A program made the position numbers and the translations under genes. The notes below the pieces were generated by a model, which ran no database searches, was not told where the DNA came from, and worked only from the letters and a program-made list of their open reading frames with translations. Below are positions 34,862 through 45,021 of a DNA stretch of 64,000 nucleotides, one piece after another. The DNA comes from Aurantimicrobium sp. (GTDB lineage: Bacteria > Actinomycetota > Actinomycetes > Actinomycetales > Microbacteriaceae): positions 6,099 to 70,098 of the forward strand of contig NZ_JAVWTF010000003.1 of assembly GCF_036667855.1 (NCBI RefSeq), given 5' to 3'. The first letter of the stretch is position 1. Each line of letters opens with the position of its first letter.

Positions 34862-36019
34862 GTGGCCAACGAAGACCTGGGAAATGCTCGAAAAGCAAAA
34901 GGCGATGAGTTCTATACGCAGTTCGTCGACATCCAGAAAGAAATGAATGCCTATCTGGAATTCAACCCAGATGTGTTCAGGGGCAAAACTGTTCTTCTGC
35001 CTTGCGATGACCCCGAGTGGAGTAACTTCACCAAGTACTTTGCGCAGAACTTTGAGGCCCTAGGCCTCAAGAAACTGATCAGCACGAGCTATGCCCCGGA
35101 CAGCAAGCCAGACGCTATTCCTTACCAGCCCACACTGTTCGAAATGGAAAGTCCTGGGTATGACCCAGAGAAGACCCAGACCAAGGGAAAGATCTTCACC
35201 CTCACCCACGACAAGACAGGTGACAACGTCATCAACTTTGATGACCTCGAGTGGTCATATCTCGAAGGTGGCGGTGACTTCCGCAGCGAAGAGATCACGA
35301 AGTTACGTGACGAGGCAGACATCGTTGTGACGAACCCACCGTTTTCGTTGTTCAGGGAGTTCCTGGCTTGGCTGGAAGAGGCAAATAAGAGCTATGTGAT
35401 TCTCGGCAATATGAATGCGATTACTTACAAAGAGGTGTTCCCGCTCATAAAGGAGAACAAACTCTGGCTTGGTGCTTCTATTCACTCAGGAGATAGAGAG
35501 TTCCGAATTCCTCCAACAAGCATCACCCGCTCACCATCAAGAAGGACCGATGAGGATGGCAATGTATTTCTGAGAGTCCCAGGAATTCGCTGGTTCACGA
35601 ACCTGGATCATGGTCTTCGCCATGAACCACTTTCTTTGATGTCAGAAAAAGACAACATCAAGTTCAGTAAGCACAAAGAAGTCAAAGGTGTTGGGTATAC
35701 CAATTACGAAAACTTTGATGCCATCGAGGTTCCATTTACAGATTCGATTCCTGCTGACTTCAGTGGATTGATGGGCGTCCCAATAAGTTTCCTCAGTAAA
35801 TACAACCCTGAACAGTTTGAAATATTAGGCAATGGACAAACCATGGCAAATGAACTGGGAATCAAGCCTGTTGGGCAGAAGTTTGTTGACGACTATTACG
35901 CACAGGGAAACAAAGGCCAGATAAGCGCAAAGTGGAACAACCTTGTTTACCGACGTGATGAAACTGTTGTTGTTCCTTATCAACGCATCATCATCAAACA
36001 CAAGCAGGTAAAAAAGTGA
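34862..36019 (+). CDS. N6-adenine DNA methyltransferase, EcoRI-MTase-like family
   Basis: N-terminal [23 protein letters not shown], catalytic [13 protein letters not shown] start preceded by aggggga. Confidence 0.8.
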   Translation: MANEDLGNARKAKGDEFYTQFVDIQKEMNAYLEFNPDVFRGKTVLLPCDDPEWSNFTKYFAQNFEALGLKKLISTSYAPDSKPDAIPYQPTLFEMESPGYDPEKTQTKGKIFTLTHDKTGDNVINFDDLEWSYLEGGGDFRSEEITKLRDEADIVVTNPPFSLFREFLAWLEEANKSYVILGNMNAITYKEVFPLIKENKLWLGASIHSGDREFRIPPTSITRSPSRRTDEDGNVFLRVPGIRWFTNLDHGLRHEPLSLMSEKDNIKFSKHKEVKGVGYTNYENFDAIEVPFTDSIPADFSGLMGVPISFLSKYNPEQFEILGNGQTMANELGIKPVGQKFVDDYYAQGNKGQISAKWNNLVYRRDETVVVPYQRIIIKHKQVKK

Positions 36020-37182
36020 AGACAACCCTGAACCACTACTCCGTCAAGGAACTCTCCGAAGGCTTCGTCTATAACGAGCTCGAGGGTAAAGGTCTTTTTG
36101 GCTTGGCAGGACGTCTAACCATTCAGCCCGAGTACCAGCGCAACTACATCTATGCCGATGGCAAGAGAGACGTTGCTGTGATTGAGTCACTGCTCAAGGG
36201 TTACCCACTTGGATTGATCTATTTCAACAAGGTGCACGAGGACAACCTCGAAGTTCTTGATGGCCAGCAACGCATCACCAGCTTTGGCCGCTTCATCACG
36301 GGCAAGTTCGCTATCAAAGATGAACGTGGCATGGAGCAATATTTCTCTGGCCTCCCAAAGGACAAACAAGAAATCATCCTGAACTCAGAGATTCTTGTCT
36401 ATGAATGTGAAGGCACCGAGAGCGAAATCAAAGAGTGGTTCAAGACCATCAACACTGTTGGTGTTCCTTTGAATGACCAAGAACTTCTCAACGCTGTGTA
36501 TTCAGGGCCGTTTGTGACGGCAGGTAAAGCAGAGTTCAGTAACAGCCAGAACTCCAACATCATGAAGTGGAGTGCCTACGTCAGCGGTTCTGCTCTTCGT
36601 CAGGATTTCTGGGAACGTGCACTGGAGTGGGTGAGCAAAGGCAAGGCCAACATTGGCGGTTACATGAGCCAGCACCGTAATGACCGTGAGATCACGGAAG
36701 TGAAGAATTACTTCACTTCTGTCATTGATTGGGTTTCCTCCGTTTTCACTGATGTGGAGAGCGAGATGCGGGGATTGGAATGGGGTCGCCTTTATGAACA
36801 GTTCCATGGCACTGCCTACAACCCCAGCAAGGTGTCTGAAGCCGTGCAGGCTCTCTATGGCGACTCATATGTGAAGAACCGCAAGGGCATCTGGGAATAC
36901 GTGCTTGGCGGCTCTCAAGAAACCAAGCTGCTTGAGGTGCGGGTCTTCGACGACGCCACGAAGAAGTCGACGTTTGCCGAGCAAACACAAGACGCTCAGA
37001 ATGCCGGGCGTTCCAACTGTTCTCACTGTGCATTGGGGCACGACGCGAACAAAGCCAAAATGTGGAAGCTTGAGGAAATGGATGCCGACCACGTTGCGGC
37101 GTGGAGCAAGGGCGGTGCTACCTCGGCCGAAAACTGCGAGTTGCTTTGTAAGACGCACAACCGAGCTAAAGGTAATCGCTAG
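36016..37182 (+). CDS. DUF262 (ParB/GmrS-like) domain protein with C-terminal HNH endonuclease
   Basis: [11 protein letters not shown] and LDGQQRITS (DUF262). C-terminal CSHCALGHD...[32 protein letters not shown] (HNH). GTGA overlap with the MTase stop. Confidence 0.85.
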   Translation: MKTTLNHYSVKELSEGFVYNELEGKGLFGLAGRLTIQPEYQRNYIYADGKRDVAVIESLLKGYPLGLIYFNKVHEDNLEVLDGQQRITSFGRFITGKFAIKDERGMEQYFSGLPKDKQEIILNSEILVYECEGTESEIKEWFKTINTVGVPLNDQELLNAVYSGPFVTAGKAEFSNSQNSNIMKWSAYVSGSALRQDFWERALEWVSKGKANIGGYMSQHRNDREITEVKNYFTSVIDWVSSVFTDVESEMRGLEWGRLYEQFHGTAYNPSKVSEAVQALYGDSYVKNRKGIWEYVLGGSQETKLLEVRVFDDATKKSTFAEQTQDAQNAGRSNCSHCALGHDANKAKMWKLEEMDADHVAAWSKGGATSAENCELLCKTHNRAKGNR

Positions 37183-37190
37183 CAAAAAGC

Positions 37191-37221
37191 AAAGCCTCTG
37201 GCGAGAAGGGCCAGAGGCTTT
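37191..37221 (+). terminator. Terminator hairpin after the DUF262-HNH gene
   Basis: aaagcctctggc-gagaagg-gccagaggcttt. Confidence 0.65.
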
Positions 37222-37426
37222 ACATATGAAGCTTAATTGAACAAGTTCCCAAAGCAAATACCTTCATAGACACTTAATCCTTCGGCGCTCAATAAAGACC
37301 ACGGGCAATCCCTCATCAAAGTGTTCACCACATCGTTATCGACCAATAGTCTGCTTTTGCTCAGCTAACTGCCAGAATTGCAGTGCGCACCGTTGCGCAC
37401 CACCTCATCACTAAGGAGTCATTTTC

Positions 37427-37831
37427 ATGACTAAGTTCACACTGCGCAAGGTTGCTGTTGTTGCAGCAATTGCTTCTGTCGCAACTTTCGGTCTTTCGGC
37501 TTGTGCAACCCCCGCACCTGAGCCCACTCAGTCAGCCATCGGTGGAGACATTGTTGCTCCCATCGAACTGAACTACCAGGACATAGACGGCCAGACCCTG
37601 GAGCTTGTTGTAGGCCAGGTTGTCAACATCAACTACGGCGGCATCAACGACGGAGAAGTAACTGTCGACATCTCTGACCCCAAGGTTGTTGAGTACTCAG
37701 CCGCAGCTTACGAAAACGACACTCAGTACTCCGCGGGTCTACTTGCACTCTCCGGTGGCGAGTCAACCGTGACCTTTACCTTTACCGGTGAAGAGCCCAA
37801 GGTTCTCAACATCCAGGTACTTCTGAAGTAA
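37427..37831 (+). CDS. Small lipoprotein (paralog 1)
   Basis: Signal peptide with lipobox FGLSAC; beta-rich about 110-aa mature part. Confidence 0.7.
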   Translation: MTKFTLRKVAVVAAIASVATFGLSACATPAPEPTQSAIGGDIVAPIELNYQDIDGQTLELVVGQVVNINYGGINDGEVTVDISDPKVVEYSAAAYENDTQYSAGLLALSGGESTVTFTFTGEEPKVLNIQVLLK

Positions 37832-38023
37832 TTCGGTTTACACACAGAGGGCGTCCCTTCGGGGGCGCCCTCTTGTTGTTTAACCCACTCACATAGCTCC
37901 CAGAAAACTCTCAGACTACACACAGCTAAATCCCAACTTAAACGAATGGTACAGAGATAACGTTGTCTCAAGAGCAACCCGCTCACACAGCAAAGACTTC
38001 ACAACCCAAGGAGAAAAGCAATC

Positions 38024-38440
38024 ATGATGAAGAACAAGAACATCGCAAAAGCAAGTGCATTTGTCGCTCTCGCAGCTGCTACCGCAATCAGCCTCTCGGC
38101 ATGCTCAACTGCTGCTGACGAAGACAGCTCTGGTGCAGACGAGTCCAGCGAAACCAGCCAGGTAGTGGCACCCACAATTATTGACGTCGCAACCGCAGAC
38201 GGACAAACCATTGACATTAGCAACGGTGGCTTTGTCGACATCACCACCGGTGACACCGACCCAGCTGACTGGTCTGCAGTGATCTCAGACCCCGCAGTCG
38301 CAGCCTTCACCGCTGGTGGTAAGTCTGGTGACGCTGTCATGAACCCTGGTCTTCAGGGAACTGCAGCTGGAACCACCAAGGTTGAGCTGACCAATAAGAC
38401 CACTGGTCAGGTTGTCACCTTCACTGTCAACGTCAAGTAA
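38024..38440 (+). CDS. Small lipoprotein (paralog 2)
   Basis: Signal peptide with lipobox ISLSAC. Same length and C-terminal pattern (..VTFT..V..K) as 37427-37831. Confidence 0.7.
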   Translation: MMKNKNIAKASAFVALAAATAISLSACSTAADEDSSGADESSETSQVVAPTIIDVATADGQTIDISNGGFVDITTGDTDPADWSAVISDPAVAAFTAGGKSGDAVMNPGLQGTAAGTTKVELTNKTTGQVVTFTVNVK

Positions 38441-38522
38441 GTACCCCTAGAAAAACAAGCACGGCCTCCAAAAAAGCAACGGCCCTTCCCGAATACGGGA
38501 GGGGCCGTTAGCCGTTTAACTT

Positions 38523-39194
38523 CTAGTTGCCTAGGAGAAGCTCACGCAAGCGATCAGCCGAGTACACCGTGGCAATAGCACCGACGGCTTCAGTCGGTGA
38601 GCCGTATCCCCACTCCACGATGATGGTGGGAACGTTGTGGGCTGCAGCGCCCTCCACGTCATAAATGCGGTCACCAATGAGAACGGCTTGGCTGGTATCT
38701 GCGCCTGCTTTACCGAGCTCAGTTAGGGCATGACCCACCACATGTGCTTTAGAAGTGCGTGCATCATCTTCTGACGCACCAGCAATCACGGTGAAGTAGT
38801 CGGTGAGACCAAAGTGATCCAAGATAGGCCGTGCTTGGGTCTCTGGCTTGCTGGTGGCAATAGCCAGGGGAACTCCTGCATCGCGCAGCGAATCCAGTAA
38901 GCCAATAACGCCGGGGAAGATCGCGGAGTCAAAAGCACCGTCTCTGCGGAAATCATTGCGATAAATCGCTAGTGCCTCACGGGCCTTCTCTTCTGAGAGA
39001 CCAGCGCGCTCTTGCAGTGAGGCTAGAAGTGGCGGACCGATGTAGGCCATGAAGTCTTCTCGAGAAGGAACGGGTAGACCTAAGTGATTAAAGGTGTCCG
39101 TCAAGGCATCGATGATGCCGGGGGCGGAGTCCAGAATGGTGCCATCCAGATCAAAGAGGACAGAGGACCATGTGCGGGTAACGACAGAATTCAT
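38523..39194 (-). CDS. HAD-superfamily phosphatase (phosphoglycolate phosphatase-like)
   Basis: LFDLDGTILDS (DxDGT), ATSK, IGDRIYDVEGA. Confidence 0.8.
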   Translation of the reverse strand: MNSVVTRTWSSVLFDLDGTILDSAPGIIDALTDTFNHLGLPVPSREDFMAYIGPPLLASLQERAGLSEEKAREALAIYRNDFRRDGAFDSAIFPGVIGLLDSLRDAGVPLAIATSKPETQARPILDHFGLTDYFTVIAGASEDDARTSKAHVVGHALTELGKAGADTSQAVLIGDRIYDVEGAAAHNVPTIIVEWGYGSPTEAVGAIATVYSADRLRELLLGN

Positions 39195-39262
39195 AACTTG
39201 GCAAGCTTAGGCGCCTGAGCTGAAAACCACGGTAACCGAGTGAGGCTTTTCCACCTTGTGGA

Positions 39263-39958
39263 CTAAAAGAGTCGACCGTGCTTGTCTTCGATGCCCCGCA
39301 TCTCGTCGTAATCGAGGATGAGGGTTCGAATGCCACGATCTTCAGCCAGAGTCTTGGCCTGTGGCTTGATTTCTTGAGCAGCAAAGACACCGGTGACTGG
39401 TGCGAGGTGGGGGTCACGGTTCATCAACTCGAGGTAGCGGGTGAGTTGTTCCACGCCATCAATTTCTCCGCGGCGTTTAATTTCCACAGCAACAGAGTTG
39501 CCGTTCTCATCGCGGGCAAGAATGTCTACCGGCCCAATCGCGGTGAAGTATTCACGACGAACAAGGGTGTAACCCTCGCCGAGGAGTTCTATCTGGGCTG
39601 CGAGGAGTTCTTGCAGCTCTGCTTCAACACCGTTCTTGATGAGCCCGGGGTCTTCACCGAGCTCATGTTCGACGTCGTTATAAATCTCATAGATGCTCAC
39701 AACGAGCATGTCTGCTGTCTTGGCATGCGTCACGCGCCAAATCTCGGTCACACCGACATCGGCCTGATCTTTCTCTGGCTCTTCTGTGGCGAGGGTGCAG
39801 GGCGGGCTCATCCAGTTGAGGGGCTTATAGGAGCCACCATCTGAGTGGATAAGAAGTGAGCCATCTTGCTTGAGCATGAGCACACGGGTTGCCAAAGGGA
39901 GGTGGGCACTGAGCCTTCCGGCATAGTCCACCGAACATTTAGCAACAACGAGACGCAT
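39263..39958 (-). CDS. nucS: Endonuclease NucS (EndoMS mismatch-specific endonuclease)
   Basis: [21 protein letters not shown]..., C-terminal [22 protein letters not shown] (PD-D/ExK). Confidence 0.9.
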   Translation of the reverse strand: MRLVVAKCSVDYAGRLSAHLPLATRVLMLKQDGSLLIHSDGGSYKPLNWMSPPCTLATEEPEKDQADVGVTEIWRVTHAKTADMLVVSIYEIYNDVEHELGEDPGLIKNGVEAELQELLAAQIELLGEGYTLVRREYFTAIGPVDILARDENGNSVAVEIKRRGEIDGVEQLTRYLELMNRDPHLAPVTGVFAAQEIKPQAKTLAEDRGIRTLILDYDEMRGIEDKHGRLF

Positions 39959-39963
39959 GAGAA

Positions 39964-40686
39964 TTAGGCTACTTTGCCTGAACCCAACAGAAGTTCCAAC
40001 AACTCGGTTTCATTAGAGACCGTGGCCATCGCGCCAGCAAACTCTTTCTCGTGGGCATAGCCCCAGCGCACCAACACCGTGGGGATGCCATTGAGTGCAG
40101 CACCATCGGTGTCATAGAAACGGTCACCAATCATCAGGGCGTTGTCGTTGCCCAACTGCCGCAACACTTCAGCAATGACTGAGGCCTTGTCCTTGCGTTC
40201 TTCATTCCCGCCCACGATTGCGGTGAAGTAGGGCGTCATTCCATAGGCATCGCAGAGACGCTCTGCTTCGTGTTGAGGCTTGCTTGTGGCCACACCCATC
40301 GGGATGCCCGCTTCATGCAGCGTCTTCAGTGTGGAGAGAATCCAAGGAAAGAGTTGTTGATCCTTGAGGCCATCACGTTCAGACAGAGAGCGGTAGTAGG
40401 CACGTGATTCATCAATGCGTGCTGTGCCAATGAATCGAAGTAATGAAGTTCCGGTCGGGGGACCAATCAAGAACTTGAGCTGGTCATCGCTCGGTGGTGT
40501 CACACCGAAGTGCAGCAGGGTCTCGCGCAAGCGACGAACAATGGCCACTGCTGAGTCCAGGAGGGTGCCATCCATGTCCCAGAGCAGAGGAGTCCAAGGA
40601 CCTTCAGTCTTCAGCACGGGTCCGGGGGTGTAATCAACTTCAACCGTGGTGGGTGGGTTGTGTACGACGTCGGGGTGTTCACTCAT
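39964..40686 (-). CDS. HAD-superfamily phosphatase (second paralog)
   Basis: [26 protein letters not shown]. Confidence 0.8.
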   Translation of the reverse strand: MSEHPDVVHNPPTTVEVDYTPGPVLKTEGPWTPLLWDMDGTLLDSAVAIVRRLRETLLHFGVTPPSDDQLKFLIGPPTGTSLLRFIGTARIDESRAYYRSLSERDGLKDQQLFPWILSTLKTLHEAGIPMGVATSKPQHEAERLCDAYGMTPYFTAIVGGNEERKDKASVIAEVLRQLGNDNALMIGDRFYDTDGAALNGIPTVLVRWGYAHEKEFAGAMATVSNETELLELLLGSGKVA

Positions 40687-41486
40687 GCGCGGGGTACTCG
40701 TTCCTCACCAATGGTGTTGCCGCCATCAACGGTGATGACCTGGCCGGTGATGTAGCTGGCGCCAGGAGAAGCCAGCCACGCAACGGCGGAGGCAATCTCG
40801 TCAGGGTTTCCACTGCGCCCAGCAGGAACCAGCCTGCCCTCGGCAGCCTCAGATTCCAGCTGGCTACCGGTGGCAATCCACCCGGGGGCAACGGCATTAG
40901 ATGTAATACCGTGGTGGGCTTCGTCAACGGCAAGGCCACGAGTGAGGCCGACCATGCCTGCCTTTGCGGCGGCATAGCCAAGGTCTCCCCGAGTGGCCAT
41001 AGATGATCCAGACACGCTCGTGATGTTAATGATGCGACCCCACTTGGCAGAGCGCATGAAATGCACCACGGTCTGGGTGGCATGGAAAGCCGTGGTGAGG
41101 TTCATCCCCAATGAGTCGTTCCACTCAGTAGTGGTCATGTCGATGCTGCCTTGAGCGATGGTCTCATCTGAGACGGTGACCATGCCTGCATTGTTAACCA
41201 GGATGGTGGGCTGGGCAGAAACATTAGCTAAAGAAGTGACCAAACCAGCAGCGCCCTCTTCCGAGTCGAGGCGGCACACAATGCCCACGGCGTCGATATC
41301 GAGTGCTTCGAGTTCGCCCACACGCTCGTGGATGCGGTCGGTCGTACCGGTGATGATGACACGGGCACCGAGTTCACCTAACGCCTTGGCAGAAGCGAAG
41401 CCAATGCCGGTGGCACTGCCCGCACCGGTGATGAGTGCAGTCTTGCCCTCGAGTGTGAGCGAAGGGGGAAGCTGGGGAAATGCCAT
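40683..41486 (-). CDS. Short-chain dehydrogenase/reductase (FabG-like)
   Basis: [12 protein letters not shown] (TGxxxGxG), [11 protein letters not shown] (YxxxK). Confidence 0.85.
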   Translation of the reverse strand: MAFPQLPPSLTLEGKTALITGAGSATGIGFASAKALGELGARVIITGTTDRIHERVGELEALDIDAVGIVCRLDSEEGAAGLVTSLANVSAQPTILVNNAGMVTVSDETIAQGSIDMTTTEWNDSLGMNLTTAFHATQTVVHFMRSAKWGRIINITSVSGSSMATRGDLGYAAAKAGMVGLTRGLAVDEAHHGITSNAVAPGWIATGSQLESEAAEGRLVPAGRSGNPDEIASAVAWLASPGASYITGQVITVDGGNTIGEERVPRA

Positions 41487-41550
41487 AACTTCAGGCTACC
41501 TAACAGCGAACATGCACGAAGTGCGCCCAGCCAACTTCTAGGCTGGTGGA

Positions 41551-43599
41551 ATGAGTGAAAACACTGCCCTCTCTGGAATCGACATCACTGAGCTTGATGA
41601 GAAGGTTCGTCCCCAGGATGACCTCTATCGCCACGTGAACGGCAAGTGGGAAGAGCGCACGCCTATTCCCGCAGACAAGGCTCGCTATGGCTCATTCCAC
41701 ATCCTCGCGGAGGAGGCAGAAAAGGCCGTCCGCGACATCATCATTGAGGGACAGAACGCACCTGAAGGTACTCAGCAACGCACCGTGGGTGATCTGTACA
41801 CCAGCTTCATGGACACCGAACTCATCGAATCTCTCGGAGTTGCCCCCATCGAATCTCAGCTTGCCTTCGCTGGCAATGTGGCCACCATCTCCCAGCTGCT
41901 CGACACTGTCGCTCGTCTCGAGCGTCACGGTGTGGGTGGCTTTATGGAGCTCTTCGTGGACAACGATCCAGGGAACCCTGAGCGCTACCTCGTTTTCACC
42001 GAGCAGGGTGGTCTCAACCTTCCTGATGAGAGCTACTACCGCGAGGAGAAGTTCGCGTCAGCTCGTGAGGCCTACCTTGGCCACATCCAGCGCATGTTTG
42101 AACTGACCGCAGAGCACCTGCCCTCCACGGCGGGCCTCGACAACGCCGCTGTTCGTGCCCAGCGCGTGTTTGATCTCGAGACTGCGCTCGCCGCAGCGCA
42201 CTGGGACAACGTGAAAACCCGCGACTCTGTTGCCACCTATAACCCCATGAGCTGGGCAGAGGTGAAAGAACTCGTAGCAAAGGGTGCACGCAGCGCCATT
42301 GAGCTCGAAGCAACTGTGGGCTCGGATGTGGACCAGCACGTGGCAGACCTGGATATCTGGCTCACCGCGTTGGAAGCACCTGCCGGCGCTTTGGACACTG
42401 TCGTGGTGCGCGAACCCAGCTTCCTCGAAGGCCTCGGCGCCCTGCTGACCCAGGAGCACCTCGAGGCATGGCGCGATTGGCTCAGCTGGAACATCATCCA
42501 CTCGGCAGCCCCATTTCTTCCAGCTGCCTTTGTCTCTGAAAACTTCGACTTCTATGGCCGCACTCTCACCGGAACCCCTGAACAGCGCGAGCGCTGGAAG
42601 CGCGGTGTCTCTCTGGTTGAAGGATCCATGGGTGAAGCAGTGGGCCGCGTTTATGTGGAGCGTCACTTCCCTGAGCGTGCCAAGGCAGAGATGGATGTGT
42701 TGGTTTCCAACCTGATTGAGGCTTACCGCGAATCCATCACCAACCTGGATTGGATGAGCGAAGAGACTCGAGCACGTGCACTGGAAAAGCTCGACAAGTT
42801 CACTCCCAAGGTCGGCTACCCCGTCAAGTGGCGTGACTACTCGGCTCTCGTGGTGAGCCCCACTGACCTGGTGGGCAATATGCGCCGCGTTGCTGAGTTC
42901 GAGTTTGCGCGCGAGCTGGGCAAGATCGGCAAGCCCATTGACCGTGATGAGTGGTTCATGACTCCCCAGACCGTCAATGCTTATTACAACCCTGGCTTCA
43001 ACGAGATTGTGTTCCCTGCAGCAATCCTGCAGCCCCCCTTCTTCCACCCAGATTGGGATGACGCAGCCAACTACGGCTCCATCGGTGCCGTCATTGGCCA
43101 CGAAATCGGTCACGGCTTTGATGACCAGGGCTCACGCTTTGACGGGGATGGCTTGCTCACCGATTGGTGGACGGACGCTGACCGCGAAGCATTCGAGAAG
43201 CGCACCACGTCACTCATTGATCAATACAACGAGCTTTCCCCCAAGCAGGTCCCTGGCCACTTTGTGAACGGCGAGCTCACCATTGGTGAAAACATCGGTG
43301 ACCTTGGTGGTCTGGCTATTGCCTGGAAGGCCTACCTCATTTCCCTCAAGGGTGAAGAGCCTCCTGTGATTGACGGTCTCACCGGTGCACAACGCTTCTT
43401 CCTGAGCTGGGCCCAGTCCTGGCAGCAGAAGGGTCGTGATGAAGAAGTGATCCGCCTGTTGGCCATTGATCCCCACTCACCCAACGAATTCCGTTGCAAC
43501 CAAATCATCCGCAACATCGATGCGTTCTATGACGCTTTCGATGTCCAACCCACTGATGACCATTGGCTCGACGCCGACAAGCGCGTCAGCATCTGGTAG
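41551..43599 (+). CDS. M13-family zinc metallopeptidase (PepO/neprilysin-like)
   Basis: NAYYNP, HEIGHGFD (HExxH), GENIGDLGG, C-terminal RVSIW. Confidence 0.9.
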   Translation: MSENTALSGIDITELDEKVRPQDDLYRHVNGKWEERTPIPADKARYGSFHILAEEAEKAVRDIIIEGQNAPEGTQQRTVGDLYTSFMDTELIESLGVAPIESQLAFAGNVATISQLLDTVARLERHGVGGFMELFVDNDPGNPERYLVFTEQGGLNLPDESYYREEKFASAREAYLGHIQRMFELTAEHLPSTAGLDNAAVRAQRVFDLETALAAAHWDNVKTRDSVATYNPMSWAEVKELVAKGARSAIELEATVGSDVDQHVADLDIWLTALEAPAGALDTVVVREPSFLEGLGALLTQEHLEAWRDWLSWNIIHSAAPFLPAAFVSENFDFYGRTLTGTPEQRERWKRGVSLVEGSMGEAVGRVYVERHFPERAKAEMDVLVSNLIEAYRESITNLDWMSEETRARALEKLDKFTPKVGYPVKWRDYSALVVSPTDLVGNMRRVAEFEFARELGKIGKPIDRDEWFMTPQTVNAYYNPGFNEIVFPAAILQPPFFHPDWDDAANYGSIGAVIGHEIGHGFDDQGSRFDGDGLLTDWWTDADREAFEKRTTSLIDQYNELSPKQVPGHFVNGELTIGENIGDLGGLAIAWKAYLISLKGEEPPVIDGLTGAQRFFLSWAQSWQQKGRDEEVIRLLAIDPHSPNEFRCNQIIRNIDAFYDAFDVQPTDDHWLDADKRVSIW

Positions 43600-43620
43600 T
43601 CCTCGGTAAGATTGCTCGTT

Positions 43621-45006
43621 ATGGCCCCCAGCACTCGTCTTGACTCAGTAATTGCCCTCGCTCAGCACCGTGGCTTCGTTTTCCAAGCCGGTGAGATCTA
43701 TGGCGGATCCCGTTCCGCATGGGACTACGGCCCCTTGGGTGTTGCCCTCAAAGAGAACATCAAGAAGCAGTGGTGGAACTTCATGGTTCAGCGCCGCGAC
43801 GATGTTGTCGGCCTGGACTCGTCTGTCATTCTTCCCCGCAAGGTGTGGGAAGCATCCGGTCACGTAGAGGTTTTCTCTGACCCACTCGTGGAGTGCACCA
43901 GCTGCCACAAGCGTCACCGCGAAGACCACCTGATCGAGGCATTCGAAGAGCGCAAGGGCCGCGCTCCAGAAGGCGGACTCGCAGAAGTTCCCTGCCCTGA
44001 CTGTGGTACTCGCGGCGCATGGACCGAACCCAAGCCTTTCTCTGGTCTGCTCAAGACCTACCTCGGCCCCGTGGCTGAAGAAGCAGGTATGCACTACCTG
44101 CGTCCCGAGACTGCCCAGGGCATCTTTGTGAACTTCGCCAACGTGTTGCAGGCAGCACGCATGAAGCCTCCCTTCGGCATCGGCCAGATTGGAAAGAGCT
44201 TCCGTAACGAGATCACTCCCGGAAACTTCATCTTCCGCACCCGTGAGTTCGAACAGATGGAGATGGAATTCTTCGTCGAGCCTGGCACGGACGAAGAGTG
44301 GCACCAGTACTGGATTGACCAGCGCTTCAACTGGTATGTCGACCTGGGTATTGATCCTGAAAACCTGCGTCTCTACGAGCACGCCAAGGAAAAGCTCTCT
44401 CACTATTCCAAGCGCACCGTGGACATTGAGTACCGCTTCGGTTTCCAAAGCGGCGAGTTCGGTGAGCTTGAAGGTATTGCGAACCGCACAGACTTCGACC
44501 TCAAGACTCACTCGGAGCACTCCGGCAAGGACCTCTCCTACTTCGACCAGAACAAGAACGAGCGTTGGACCCCCTACGTCATCGAACCTGCGGCTGGTCT
44601 GACTCGTTCTCTCATGGCTTTCCTCGTGGACGCCTTTGTTGAAGAAGAGGTCGAGACCGCCAAGGGAGGAACCGACAAGCGCACGGTCTTGAAGCTTGAC
44701 CCACGTCTGGCCCCCATCAAGGCAGCTGTTCTTCCTCTGTCTCGTAATGAGCAGCTCTCGCCCATGGCTAAGGAGCTGGCAGCGGAATTGCGCATGTCCT
44801 GGAACATCGACTTCGATGACTCCGGCGCTATCGGCCGCCGCTACCGCCGCCAGGATGAGATCGGCACTCCGTTCTGCATCACCGTCGACTTTGAATCCCT
44901 CGAGGACAAGGCAGTGACTGTGCGTCACCGCGACACCATGGCTCAGGAACGTATCCTCATCGAGGACCTGCACATGTATCTCGCACTTGCTCTCAAGGGT
45001 GCATAA
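43621..45006 (+). CDS. glyQS: Glycine--tRNA ligase (dimeric class II)
   Basis: [49 protein letters not shown]. Start ATG 43621 or TTG 43612. Confidence 0.93.
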   Translation: MAPSTRLDSVIALAQHRGFVFQAGEIYGGSRSAWDYGPLGVALKENIKKQWWNFMVQRRDDVVGLDSSVILPRKVWEASGHVEVFSDPLVECTSCHKRHREDHLIEAFEERKGRAPEGGLAEVPCPDCGTRGAWTEPKPFSGLLKTYLGPVAEEAGMHYLRPETAQGIFVNFANVLQAARMKPPFGIGQIGKSFRNEITPGNFIFRTREFEQMEMEFFVEPGTDEEWHQYWIDQRFNWYVDLGIDPENLRLYEHAKEKLSHYSKRTVDIEYRFGFQSGEFGELEGIANRTDFDLKTHSEHSGKDLSYFDQNKNERWTPYVIEPAAGLTRSLMAFLVDAFVEEEVETAKGGTDKRTVLKLDPRLAPIKAAVLPLSRNEQLSPMAKELAAELRMSWNIDFDDSGAIGRRYRRQDEIGTPFCITVDFESLEDKAVTVRHRDTMAQERILIEDLHMYLALALKGA

Positions 45007-45021
45007 GAACAGGTAGTCATC

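Noticed and set aside
37183-38522. Second att site (tRNA-Leu 3'-end repeat) closing the tRNA-Leu islet
   Set aside because: - By eye I found no repeat longer than about 6 nt matching ggttcaagtcccccctcgcgca.
- The islet is therefore not called as a defined mobile element.
42058-43113. 351-aa minus-strand ORF
   Set aside because: Antisense to the M13 peptidase gene (HEIGHGFD frame); no motifs.
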